Translations under genes and position numbers: made by a program
Origin: Diadema antillarum
Taxonomy: Eukaryota
Direction of reading: 5' to 3'
Assembly: GCF_040938485.1 (NCBI RefSeq)
Contig: NW_027271046.1
Location: 620,001-684,000 of the forward strand
DNA length: 64,000 bases
In this document: in pieces, positions 25,501 through 34,831 of the stretch
Layout: every line of letters starts with the position of its first letter
How positions within the stretch are numbered: the first letter of the stretch is position 1
Notes under the pieces: generated by a model
What the model saw: the letters and a program-made list of their open reading frames with translations, nothing else
The model's database searches: none
Told to the model about the DNA's origin: nothing

Positions 25501-28500
25501 CAGCGAGAAGGGCATCTGTATCACAATGTTCCTTTTCTCAGACACACTTGAGGTTAGAGCTTTGTTTCACTCAGCTTCCCACACATTTTAGGAAACCAAA
25601 GAAATAAGTACAAATGGCAGTAGTAATAAAAATTTCTTTTGACATGCAGTTTATGAAGTTATTGCAATTATGTGTATAAAAATGACGCTGTTAATGTAAG
25701 TTGTACAATGAACTATTATTGACAAATTTTGTACATTGTAATGCGAATTGACATAGAGCAGCATATAAAGGGTGTCAAAGATTTGTCAACTTTCGCAAGC
25801 TAGCAGCTAAAACCCAGGGTGCTACATAACTTTATTTTACCACTTCCCCAGTCAGGCAAGCAGATTTTCATATTTGCCGCAAAACACTTGCCCGAAAAGA
25901 AAGTTCAAAATATAAGGAAATAATACCAAAATCATATGTTAGTCAATGGCTTAGTAAAATACAATCATTGGAATAAACAGCACACATTGATTTGCATGCT
26001 TAAACACATTGGAAACTTGGTCCAATCAAGTGTTGCCGTTGCATTGCATTGGGGCTTCTTCACGTATTTGTTGGAAAGTTGCTGAAATGAAATAACAGCC
26101 ATTATCTTTTGGCTTCAGTATGGTTGACTTTGTGGGTTTGGGGGGGGGGGTCCAAAAAGTGTAAAAAAGGTGGCTTCAAAACTTTTTGCTTGCCCAATTC
26201 AGGCAAGCATTTGTTCTTATTGTTCAAAAACCCTTGCCCAAATTTGATTTTCACTTGCCCCGGCAATCGGGCAAGTGCTTATGTAGCACCCTGAAACCTT
26301 GCCAGTGTGAACTTTACTCATATTTGCTGGTGCCATGAGTGCTTTGCTTCTTTGGTTGATAAAGTTGGACAGTGCATCTTGAGAACCGCTGGTGATGCAT
26401 GTGGATTTGTGATAGGATACACTGAGCATGTTTACTAAATGTTCACAAGCAGTTCACCTATCCAAATCAAGTTATTGAAAATGTGTAACATTTGTATACA
26501 GTTTTTTATTTTTAGCACATTATATTCTTGAAGATCTTCTTCTTTTTTTTTCAACCCACGAGATGTCATCTCATTCCATCACCTTGTGAAATCAGTTGAA
26601 CAGATCAAATCAATTTCAACACTGCTAACTGTGACTCTGTGTCCTAGAGATGTCAATGAACTTTTCTGTCTAGTTAAAGTTACAGTCACTCTCTTTGTAG
26701 CACCCACCACTTCAGGGCATCAAAAAGAGAACTGAAGTGTGATGTCATAGCCATTCATTGCCATAGAAACTGGTTCTAAACAACCTTATCTAGCCCAACT
26801 ATCTGTGAACACAACAATTGCTAACCATGCTCAGACAAAAGACTGTGATACCATCACTTTGACACTCAATTAGATGAGGTTCCTTGCCCGCGTAACTCTT
26901 TAAAAGTCCACCACAGTTGCCGCACCCCATGAACTGCTTCCATAGGAAATAAATCTGCATTTTTATGTCCCTCGTCAAATTGGGTTTTTCTTTTTTATGT
27001 ATTCATGTGCAGATCTGCAAGAAGCGGGCCAGGCATGCTAACAGTAAGACATCACAGAAGATGTTTAAACACATCGAGCTCCTCTCACTCTCCTACATCA
27101 GAAGAGTGCTGGACATCAACGAGACGGAAGGTATGCAATTATCTCACTGAACCAATTTAGTATCTATGTCCAATGCACTCCCGTTATAACGAACATGGTT
27201 ATAACGAAGTAATAATTCGGGCCGTAACATTATCCATTTTTAAAATTGTTTATTCGGTTTTAACAAAGTTTCGATATAACGTAAGAAAACTGCCGGTCCC
27301 GAGGACTTCATTATAGCGGGAGTCCACTGTACACGGCTTCACACTAGTGAGCAGTCATCCTCTCTCCCTTTAGTTCCTCAGATGTTTATGCACTCTTTTT
27401 TTGGGGGGTGGGGGTGGTGGTAGTTCTGTCTCAAGTTTGATGATCTCTACTAAAAGTTCAGAAAGTGCAACTGTTCTTTAAATCTTCTCCAAAAGCATGT
27501 TCCAGTTGCATTTAAGATAAACAAGATCACACAATTCCTCCTTGCATAATTGTTCCAGTGTAACTGAATATAGTGATATGTTACATTTAGATATAAGTCA
27601 GGGAGTTGTTAGTTTGAGCTACAGTAAGCCTTTTTTATTAAAGATTCCTCCCAATGCAATCTCCTTTTTGAGTTCTGCTACCAAGTTGATCTTCAAAGTA
27701 AAGATAAACTTAAAATTATGATATGCCATTGGTTTTCCTGTTCAGTTTTCTTTAATGTTTTCAGAGTCCACCTCAAATTGTTACCAAAATATACAGAAAA
27801 ATTCCTTAATCACTTATTTTATTTGGTATGCGAAAGGTTGTATGTCAATATCTCCTAAATTTTCACTTTCGTTAGAAAGCTAAGATATCATTGGAGACAC
27901 ACAGAACATACCATAATTTTAAGTTGATTTCATCTTTTAAGATTGACTTACATTTTTGGTGAAACACCCCTTCAGATGTTGCTTTACATGATAGAATGTA
28001 ACAATCTCTGCCTCTAATCAACCTTGTGTAATTGTATGACAGAGTGCCACAATGCCTTCGCCCTGCTGTGTAAACCGCCTGTGGACGTCCTGGAGAGAAC
28101 GGACCGCCTCTACATGTTTGCCGTGGCCAGCGAGGAGTCAAGTAAGACGGAGTGGCTAAAGACACTCTGCCAACACATGGCCAACACCACCTGCAAGACT
28201 GATGCTGTAAGTATACACATCAAGGCTGCTCAACTTTCCCTTTATTTCATTGTTTTCCTAAACATGCATTTCCCCTTTTCTCCTTGACCCAAAATGACTT
28301 TGGTAAAGTAGACCTACCAATTAGTCTGTCTGATTCTGCCGGAAGACTTACCAAAGTATCAAATACAGTCAACTCTGCGTCGGTCAGTTTAGACGGGACA
28401 TTAGGTGACATTTGACTTCTGCGTGTAAAGAGGAGTAACTCGCATACAGTTATGCATGTGAATTAGAACTTTTTGTTTTCATCAACCCAGCCAATTTTTG

Positions 28501-28831
28501 TGCCTTAGACTTGTGCAGAGTTGACTGTATTTCTTGTCCAAACGGAAGAATATAAAAACCTCTTAGATTTGACACTCGATATCGCCTTCTGAAATGCACA
28601 TCATACAGGAGTGTCTTCCTGAAACCTGTCTGAAACCTTTCTGCTTTGAATGTATGAATGTTGGCAGCCCTTGTATAGCAGAGCAGCCAAGTCTTTCCAA
28701 TTCTGCAAAAGGCTGCTTAATTGATAGACTTTGGTATCGCTTCAGGTCCTGACAAGACAGAGAATATGAAGCTTTCACTTGAAGAACTTTATTCAAGGTT
28801 AAATCATTGTCAGCTGTGTATTCTATGGACG

Positions 28832-28881
<50 letters not shown>

Positions 28882-29966
28882 GGGGGGGGGTCTGGGGAGG
28901 GGACCCAATGGCATGGGATATTGCAGTTTAAAAATGAACAAATCTGTTTGGCTGATATCAAAGATACTTTTTATTTCTTGATTTGGATTATATCACAACT
29001 TCCTATATTCTGATCATGCAACTAGATCGGAGCCCATTTCTATAGATAGTTGCAGTTGATTTCAAGTTTGCATAATACACATAGTAAGCCACTTGGCCAC
29101 TTATGATTCCTAGCTGTCTTAAAATCAAAATCACATCAGTCTTCTTACCATCATGCTGTCTGTGGATGCTAGTTTGTAACCTCCATTATTTTCTTCTTCT
29201 TTTTTTTCCTAGGAAAACTTCCTGTTGAAGATCTCCCCAGAGGACCTTGAACTGTCCAAGAGTGATTTTGACGTCAGTCGCAAGAATAAGGCTGTTCGGT
29301 ATGGTGCCTTAGATTTTATATCTCTGCCTAAAGGCCGTCGCACACTACACAACTTTGCCACAATTTACCAGTCGTACGACCTTAAAGGACAAGTTCACCT
29401 TCATAAACATAAGGATTGAGAGAATGTAGCAATATTAGTAGAACACATCATTGAAAGTTTGAGGAAAATCGGACAATCCGTTCAAAAGTTATGAATTTTT
29501 GAAGTTTTTGTGCAGTAACCGCTGGATGAGAAGACTACTGCAGTGTGTGAATAACTTAGATGTCCCATGCGTACAACAATATAAGGAAAATATAAAGAGA
29601 ATTTCACAAAATTTCATCTTTTGAAAAAAGTACACATTCCCCCAACTCGTTACCGACAAATGTTATGGGTAATATTATTCCCCCTGCCTTTAGAAAGAGG
29701 CAAGTCAAGTGCTCTTTTATTATGTGAAAAAAGTGAAAATATGTTGAATTTTCTTTACATTTTCTTTATACTGTTGTACGCATATGACTCACAAGCTGTA
29801 GTAGTCTCCTCATCCAGCGGTTCCAACACAAAAATTTTAAAAATTCATAACTTTTGCATCGATTGTCCAATTTTCCTCAAACTTTCAGTGATGTGTTCTA
29901 CTAATATTGTTGCATTCTCTCAATCCTTATGTTTATGAAGGTGAACTTGTCCTTTAACCCTATTCC

Positions 29967-29998
<32 letters not shown>

Positions 29999-32900
29999 CA
30001 TTGTGCCCCCCTCCCCCTCAAGCTCACGTGATTATTCCGCAAGGCGTGATGCTCTCGCCACGACATTTTGGACTTTTTTCTTTCAAGTATCGCGCAACAT
30101 TTGAGACCTTATTTGTCGCTCCCGGGCATACCGTTCTGAAGCACGCCCCTTTGAATAAAATTCGTCGACCCAAAAATTGCTCAAAAACATGATTTTGTGT
30201 ACAAATCCAATGTGAATTGTGTTTTTGCAATTAATTCATATGGAGATAAATGTTTTTACTTTCAATGGCTGATAATGATTTATTTTAGCCTGATTACGCT
30301 TTAAAAAGTTTCTGCGGCAAATTTTGACAAAAAAAAAAAAAAAAGTAAAAAAACAGAAATACATAAGAAATTTAATAAACAATAAAATGCATAAGAAAAA
30401 AATTTCGATACCGCCATTTTTTTGATGTACATTCAATAAGAATCCTAAGAAGAGTACCTAGACCAAAAATTAGCAGTTTTTTGTATTTCACTGTTTTCGA
30501 CATTTTGTTTATTTCGAGGGAAATCATCGGTGACACTATTCCGATCATAAACAACATGAAATTAAGTGATTTTAATCAGCAAAAGTAAAAATAATGATAC
30601 ATTTATGAACTTTGGTTAGAAACGTAATTTGCGTTGGATTTGTACATGAAATCACGTTTTTGAGCAATTTCGGGTCTGACATGCATTTACAAAATATTGC
30701 GTGACTTCAGAACCACAAACCTGGGCGTCGCGAATTTGGTCTCAAAAGTTGCGCAAGACTTTAAAGAAAAAAGTCATGAAACGTCGCGGGGCGAGATTGT
30801 TACGTTATGGATTTATTGTGAAAAATGTCAAGGGGGTCCCAAAAAGCCCCCCTCCCCCAGTCTTTTTAGAGTTAAAGGGACTGTACAGTACTGGTTGAGG
30901 TGGGAATTCATGTTTTGAACATTCCTGAATGAGATAATGAGAAACCTAGTATGAAATATGAAAGAGCATGTAATTTTAAGAAGGATTCAACGTTTATTTG
31001 ATGAAAATTGGTTTTCAAATGGCCGAGATATCCAAGAAAGTGATAATAATAAAAGGCGACAGGCCACGCCTTTTATTAGGATCTCTTTGTTTCACCTTGT
31101 TTTTGGATATCACAGCCATTTCAAAACCGATTTTCATCAAATAAACTTTTGGTACCCCTTAGAATTGCATGCTCTTTGACATCTCATAGAGTAGTTTCTG
31201 AATATCTCGCAAAACATTATAAGCTAAATCCTCACCTCGACCAGAGCTGTACACACCCTTTAAAGCATCTCATTGTACGAGTAGTACACTCATCCAATCA
31301 TATCCATGCCTATACAATATGTGCCTTTCTACCCCTTTTCGTGCAGGAATGAGGAGATAGCCTAGCCTCTTGGGCACTTCAGTAAATATCTCGGCTAATT
31401 TTCCCAGGATGTCACAATAAAATTACGACTGTTATTCTATTCTTGCATCTGACTTAAAGGAGACCTCCAGATGATTTTCAGACTTTTACATTTGAACAAC
31501 TACAAATTAGTTAAACTGAGTACAGAGTTTCCGACTTTATAGTGATTGGGATGAGGAATGAGAATGTTTTCAAAATTTATAACAAACTGCAATGAACAAG
31601 GATGATGACATGGCAGCCTCACCAGAAGAATGCATGAGTTGGGGCTCAAGGAAGCAGAACAAAAGAAGTCGGCATGCATAGATTCTTCACAGGTGAACTT
31701 GTTGAGCAAGCGGTATTGTAATGGAATTACACTGCTGCATTTCTGGAATATGTGAGGCTCTGATGTCATCAACACTGTTCAGTGTAATTTGTTGAAGAAT
31801 ATCATTTTATTGGTTTCTCTGCTCAAGGACCACAATAAATTCTACGAATCTATACACGGAGCTGTTGATTTATGTACTACATGATGTGAAATTATGAAAA
31901 TCGTCTGGAATGCCCCTTTAACAAGTATCATTTATGATTGCTCCAAGTTAGACACACATATAAATGCATCCCACAGCAGGCACTAGCAGTATTGCATAAT
32001 TACTGCTGAATTGTGGGTCACTGACATTAGAATTATCACACTCCCTTTGAACCTCAGACACGTAAGCCAACAAGACACCCTTATGAGATGAGCATAGCTT
32101 TAGTGACACCCCAGCAGCAAAGTACTTGTATGGTGATTCAGTCAGTTAGATTCAGTTGGCTTTCATGCATGCTACTGTGACATATCATTCTTGTTCAGGT
32201 TGAAGCAATCACAATTTCAGTTACCATAAGTGAATAAACTGTAGTGTAGACATGGATTTTTTTGGGGGGGCCGGCGATATCACCAAAATGAACAGCATCA
32301 GATGATATTCAATACATCCGGCTGTTTTCAAACTGCAGTGCTGCCAAGAGAGCCACAAAGAAGGTGACCCGGACATTCTCCTTCAACAAGACGCCTCGTC
32401 GGTCCATCCAGAAGGCCGTGTCCAGTGTGTCGTCCACCTTCAGTCCCATGGTGACCGGCGAGAACATGACACCGCAGCAGTTTGAGAAGATGGGCTCTCG
32501 GCTAGCTGGCACCATGACCCTCAAGGTATGCACTGCTGCACACTGGCACTGGTCCGACGGTCCCTGACCAGTAAAAATCACTGTCGGACTAGTAACTTTT
32601 TCAGGAATGGACCAGTAAAATTTTGAAAAACTGGGTACCTACCGGTCCAACAGACTGCTCGGACCAGTAGAAAACATGGGTTAGTGTGCAGCCCTGAGGT
32701 ATGGTATGGTTCTAAAGGGGATCAGCACTTCAAATTCATATTCATTGAAAAAGGGTCAAGTGAAACAAACAACAGTTAGGTCATTTTAAATCAAATTATA
32801 ACAGGGAAAAAATGCAAGACTGAAGTGCCTTTTGTTCAAATGAAGCAGTAATGTTGGTCAGTATCATCATTACACAAACTTGGGTTGGCAGTTCTCTGTG

Positions 32901-34310
32901 TGCTTGATTTGGCTTTAAATGTGAGGATTGACGTTAACATAGAGTGGCATACATCTTGTTGCAGACCTAGTTTGTTTACTTTTATGCTTTCTCCAGAATG
33001 TCTGGCAGTAATGGTTATTTGTCTTTATGACACCTTCGAATAGCTATCTTACTCTTGGTTGTTTTATCATTTTAGGAATTCATTGTACTATAATAAGATT
33101 GCACATGTTTGATATTTTGAAAAAGACAAATGACCTACACTCTGTACTGCTTTCATTGATTTTTTTTTTTTAACCTGTACAAAATCTTATGCTTTCAGCT
33201 TACAGAACTTATTCAAACTACCTTTTCCCGCAGGATATTTATGTGTTACAAAGAAAACCAACTCAGTTATTTGATTGCAGAGCTGCCAAGTCTCCATGAT
33301 TCTGCAGGAGTCTCCCTGAAAATGTCAAAATCTGTTCATGTCTGAATAAGAGAATATTAACCCTAACCAGGCCGGGCTTTTTTGGGCGTTCTGTGGCCGG
33401 GGAGGGGTTGATTCAACCCCCCCCCCCCCGAGATCTTGGCCGTCGATCGCGCAATCGCCATAAAATTTGGCACGTGCATTACCTGTGGCGTATTCTAGCA
33501 AGCTATACAAAAAGAAATGGAAATTTTCGTCATAATGATTAATTATGCTAATATATCCATAAAATCATACATTTTGCTCTAAATCAGAAATTAAAGCTCC
33601 TAGAATCCTAATTTTTTGTGAAAACATTCTTTGTAGCATTCCTAACAATGTACATGAAAAAAAATTTGGTATCAAAATCAATTTCTTAAGTATTTTATTG
33701 TTTTATGAATTTCTAATGTATTTCTCTGTTTTTTCGACCTTTTGTTTTATCATTTTTTTTTCCGCAAAATTTATGACAGGACCTATTTCAAGCATAATTA
33801 TGCTAAAATCAATTAGTTTCAGCATATGAAAGTGAAAATAATCATATCTTTATGAATAAGAAGAGAAAACTCCATTTACATAGACTTTATACACAAAATC
33901 ACGTTTTTGAGCCATTTTCGGTCTGACAGGCATGTATAAAACATCATGCAGCGTCGTAACGGTATGCGCGATTTTCGCAAAAATGGTGTCAAAAGGTGCG
34001 CGAGACTTGAAAGTAAAAAGTCAGCGAACGGCGCAGTCAAAAAATTTCGCGCGGCGGAGTAGTCGCGAAAAATAGTTGATTCAACCCCCCCCCCCCCCCC
34101 CCCCGGCCTTTTTAGGGTTAAAATCTCCCTGATTTGGGAATTATTTTCGCCCCTTGAAATGCATGTAACACACAGATATCTCCCTGATGGCTGTGTGGAA
34201 TCTCCCTGATTTGGATGTGGGAATGTTGGCAGACCTGTGATTGGTGAAAATTAAATTTGTTCACAAATCTGGTCTGGTTTGTTTAACGAATGGTTAAAAA
34301 TATGTGACAT

Positions 34311-34349
<39 letters not shown>

Positions 34350-34831
34350 ACTTACCCATGGTGTAAAACGAGGACAGACATACGAACTTTACATTTAAAC
34401 CGAGGACACACAGAGAACCAAGGACGTCCTTGGTATGCAGACCCTTCCAAACGGTCTGTTTTTGCATGTAGGGGTACATGTTTGTAGGTTCTCGATTAGC
34501 ATTACTGTAATAAGTACTCGGTTGGATGGTAATATATGAATGAGTCCTCGGTTGACAAGAGTCTTACTGACACACAATTCCTCGGTTATGTGGTAAATTC
34601 TTATGGGTAAAACAGGTCCTCAATTTCCACCATAGACGCGTATGTGTATGTGTGTGTGTGTGTGTTTGCATGTTGGGGTAGCTGTGACTTTCTGCAACTT
34701 CATGTAACTTTGATGTCATCCCCATTGCTCTTCCACAGGCTTTGTCACCGCTTGCTCGAAGAACTCCTCTCACACCGCGCCTCTTGCAGAAGAGTTTGAC
34801 CCTTGGCCCCTCCACGAGTCACAAGTTGTGA
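13469..34831 (+). CDS. ECT2: ECT2 / Pebble RhoGEF (BRCT repeats, DH, PH, polybasic tail); 19 coding exons, 2643 nt, 880 aa
   Basis: All exons GT-AG with matching phases. Motifs VICFTGF, THLVAN, EWFWASIQMDARA, ELLQTEINY, ECGRQSLTELLIRPVQRLPS, KRATKKVTRTFSFNKTP match ECT2 as I recall it. Confidence 0.97.
14028..14177. mobile_element. PIF/Harbinger-type MITE; a partial relative lies at ~13845-13930
   Basis: TIR GGGGGTGTTTCAT / GTGGAACACCCCC; TSD CAG. Confidence 0.75.
14539..14621 (+). CDS. ECT2: ECT2 exon 2 (GPMMAVDVRFCLIG..HQALQ)
   Basis: cag acceptor, GTAAGT donor, BRCT0 start. Confidence 0.85.
15055..15237 (+). CDS. ECT2: ECT2 exon 3 (BRCT0, VFVLPEFEG..RVLGPT)
   Basis: Phase 0/0; homologous motif. 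Confidence 0.9.
16011..16208 (+). CDS. ECT2: ECT2 exon 4 (BRCT1)
   Basis: RPLFC..VICFTGF..MGG..THLVAN..EKYR; GTGAGT donor. Confidence 0.97.
16512..17069. mobile_element. TTAA-flanked AGGG..CCCT (Kolobok-like) non-autonomous element
   Basis: TTAA on both sides; TIR AGGGACTGTAC(A)..TACTGGTTGAGGTG; relatives at 30876, 44334, ~22190-22387 and ~53390-53727. Confidence 0.8.
16520..16684. mobile_element. GGCGGATCCAG-family MITE, copy 4, inserted in the TIR of the Kolobok-like element
   Basis: 6-bp TSD GGACTG. Confidence 0.85.
17129..17230 (+). CDS. ECT2: ECT2 exon 5
   Basis: VAVSLGTPIMTSEWIQATWERRN. Confidence 0.97.
17874..18030. mobile_element. MITE carrying an internal TTAGGG-like array
   Basis: 15-bp TIR AGGGCAATTACCCCC / GGGGGTAATTGCCCT; internal TTAGGG/TTAGG repeats. 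Confidence 0.7.
18512..18611 (+). CDS. ECT2: ECT2 exon 6 (BRCT2)
   Basis: PPFFGCTIGFVGFSEEE. Confidence 0.97.
18855..19100. mobile_element. TACTGTA..TACAGTA MITE; relatives at ~45390-45612 and 46880-47036
   Basis: ~27-bp imperfect TIR; internal TTCGCG/CGCGAA repeats. Confidence 0.7.
19551..19666 (+). CDS. ECT2: ECT2 exon 7
   Basis: GG..CTHIVVDE..LVKQE. Confidence 0.95.
20390..20452 (+). CDS. ECT2: ECT2 exon 8
   Basis: WFWASIQMDARAEEGLY. Confidence 0.97.
21047..21290 (+). CDS. ECT2: ECT2 exon 9 (S-loop with RKRR/KRR NLS-like motifs)
   Basis: SRKRRLK, PQKRRSS, several S/T-P sites. Confidence 0.93.
21846..21985 (+). CDS. ECT2: ECT2 exon 10 (DH start)
   Basis: SKRHMTLMELLQTEINYVKILDTI. Confidence 0.95.
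22423..22608 (+). CDS. ECT2: ECT2 exon 11 (DH)
   Basis: VFKEPLE..IKTIFNRIPDIYAVH. Confidence 0.96.
23062..23172 (+). CDS. ECT2: ECT2 exon 12 (DH)
   Basis: KAYPQFVNFFE..KPRFHAFLK. Confidence 0.96.
24282..24460 (+). CDS. ECT2: ECT2 exon 13 (DH, PVQR motif)
   Basis: ICQSRPECGRQSLTELLIRPVQRLPS; AAG acceptor. Confidence 0.96.
24700..25300 (-). pseudogene. Decayed RTE-clade LINE 3' fragment
   Basis: Broken frames give AMDRTA*RTAICNGTNSFE and terminal C2H2-like CETCTRLFHRWLGLQSHF*RKH. Confidence 0.55.
25348..25552 (+). CDS. ECT2: ECT2 exon 14 (DH end / PH start)
   Basis: INEDKRKTEG..LLSAHR..TMFLFSDTLE. Confidence 0.96.
25815..26293. mobile_element. CAG..CTG MITE (hAT-like)
   Basis: TIR CAGGGTGCTACATAA; 5-bp TSD AAACC. 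Confidence 0.8.
27013..27130 (+). CDS. ECT2: ECT2 exon 15 (PH)
   Basis: ICKKR..FKHIELLSLSYIRRVLDINETE. Confidence 0.95.
28043..28206 (+). CDS. ECT2: ECT2 exon 16 (PH)
   Basis: CHNAFALL..KTEWLKTLCQHMANTTCKTDA. Confidence 0.95.
28366..28527. mobile_element. TA-flanked Tc1/mariner(pogo)-type MITE
   Basis: TA|CAGTCAACTCTGC .. GCAGAGTTGACTG|TA. Confidence 0.75.
29213..29298 (+). CDS. ECT2: ECT2 exon 17
   Basis: ENFLLKISPEDLELSKSD; phase 0/2 fits neighbours. Confidence 0.9.
29386..29953. mobile_element. TTAA-flanked Kolobok-like element with long TIRs
   Basis: AGGACAAGTTCACCTTCATAAACATAAGG.. and complement; near-perfect TIR of ~100 bp or more. Confidence 0.85.
29958..30871. mobile_element. TTAA-flanked piggyBac-like non-autonomous element
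   Basis: CCCTA..TAGAG ends; body is an inverted relative of 33361-34117. Confidence 0.7.
30876..31259. mobile_element. TTAA-flanked Kolobok-like element (AGGGACTGTAC family)
   Basis: TIRs and TTAA on both sides. Confidence 0.8.
31458..31917. mobile_element. TTAA-flanked AGG..CCT element
   Basis: TTAA|AGGAGACCTCCAGATG .. TCGTCTGGAATGCCCCT|TTAA; partial relatives near 44100 and 60840-61000. Confidence 0.65.
32339..32525 (+). CDS. ECT2: ECT2 exon 18 (polybasic membrane-binding region)
   Basis: AAKRATKKVTRTFSFNKTPRR. Confidence 0.95.
32531..32696. mobile_element. CAG..CTG-type MITE at the exon-18 donor; sibling at ~52488-52645
   Basis: Ends CACTGCTGCACACT / AGTGTGCAGCCCTG; 7-bp direct repeat AGGTATG. 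Confidence 0.75.
33278..34237. mobile_element. CAG..CTG MITE (6-bp TSD TGATTG) interrupted by a piggyBac-like element at 33361-34117
   Basis: Outer CAGAGCTGCCAAG / GTTGGCAGACCTG; inner TTAA|CCCTAACCAGGCCGG .. CCGGCCTTTTTAGGG|TTAA. Confidence 0.75.
34315..34668. repeat. (TG)n-flanked interspersed element
   Basis: TG tracts at both ends; imperfect inverted ends ATGGTG..GAGGAC. Confidence 0.45.
34739..34831 (+). CDS. ECT2: ECT2 exon 19 (last coding exon)
   Basis: ccacag acceptor; ALSPLARRTPLTPRLLQKSLTLGPSTSHKL*. Confidence 0.85.
   Translation, partial: ALSPLARRTPLTPRLLQKSLTLGPSTSHKL

Noticed and set aside
29971-29999. Long G/C and A homopolymers as functional G-quadruplex or poly-Lys/Gly signals
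   Set aside because: Mostly inside repeats, and their lengths are error-prone in assemblies.
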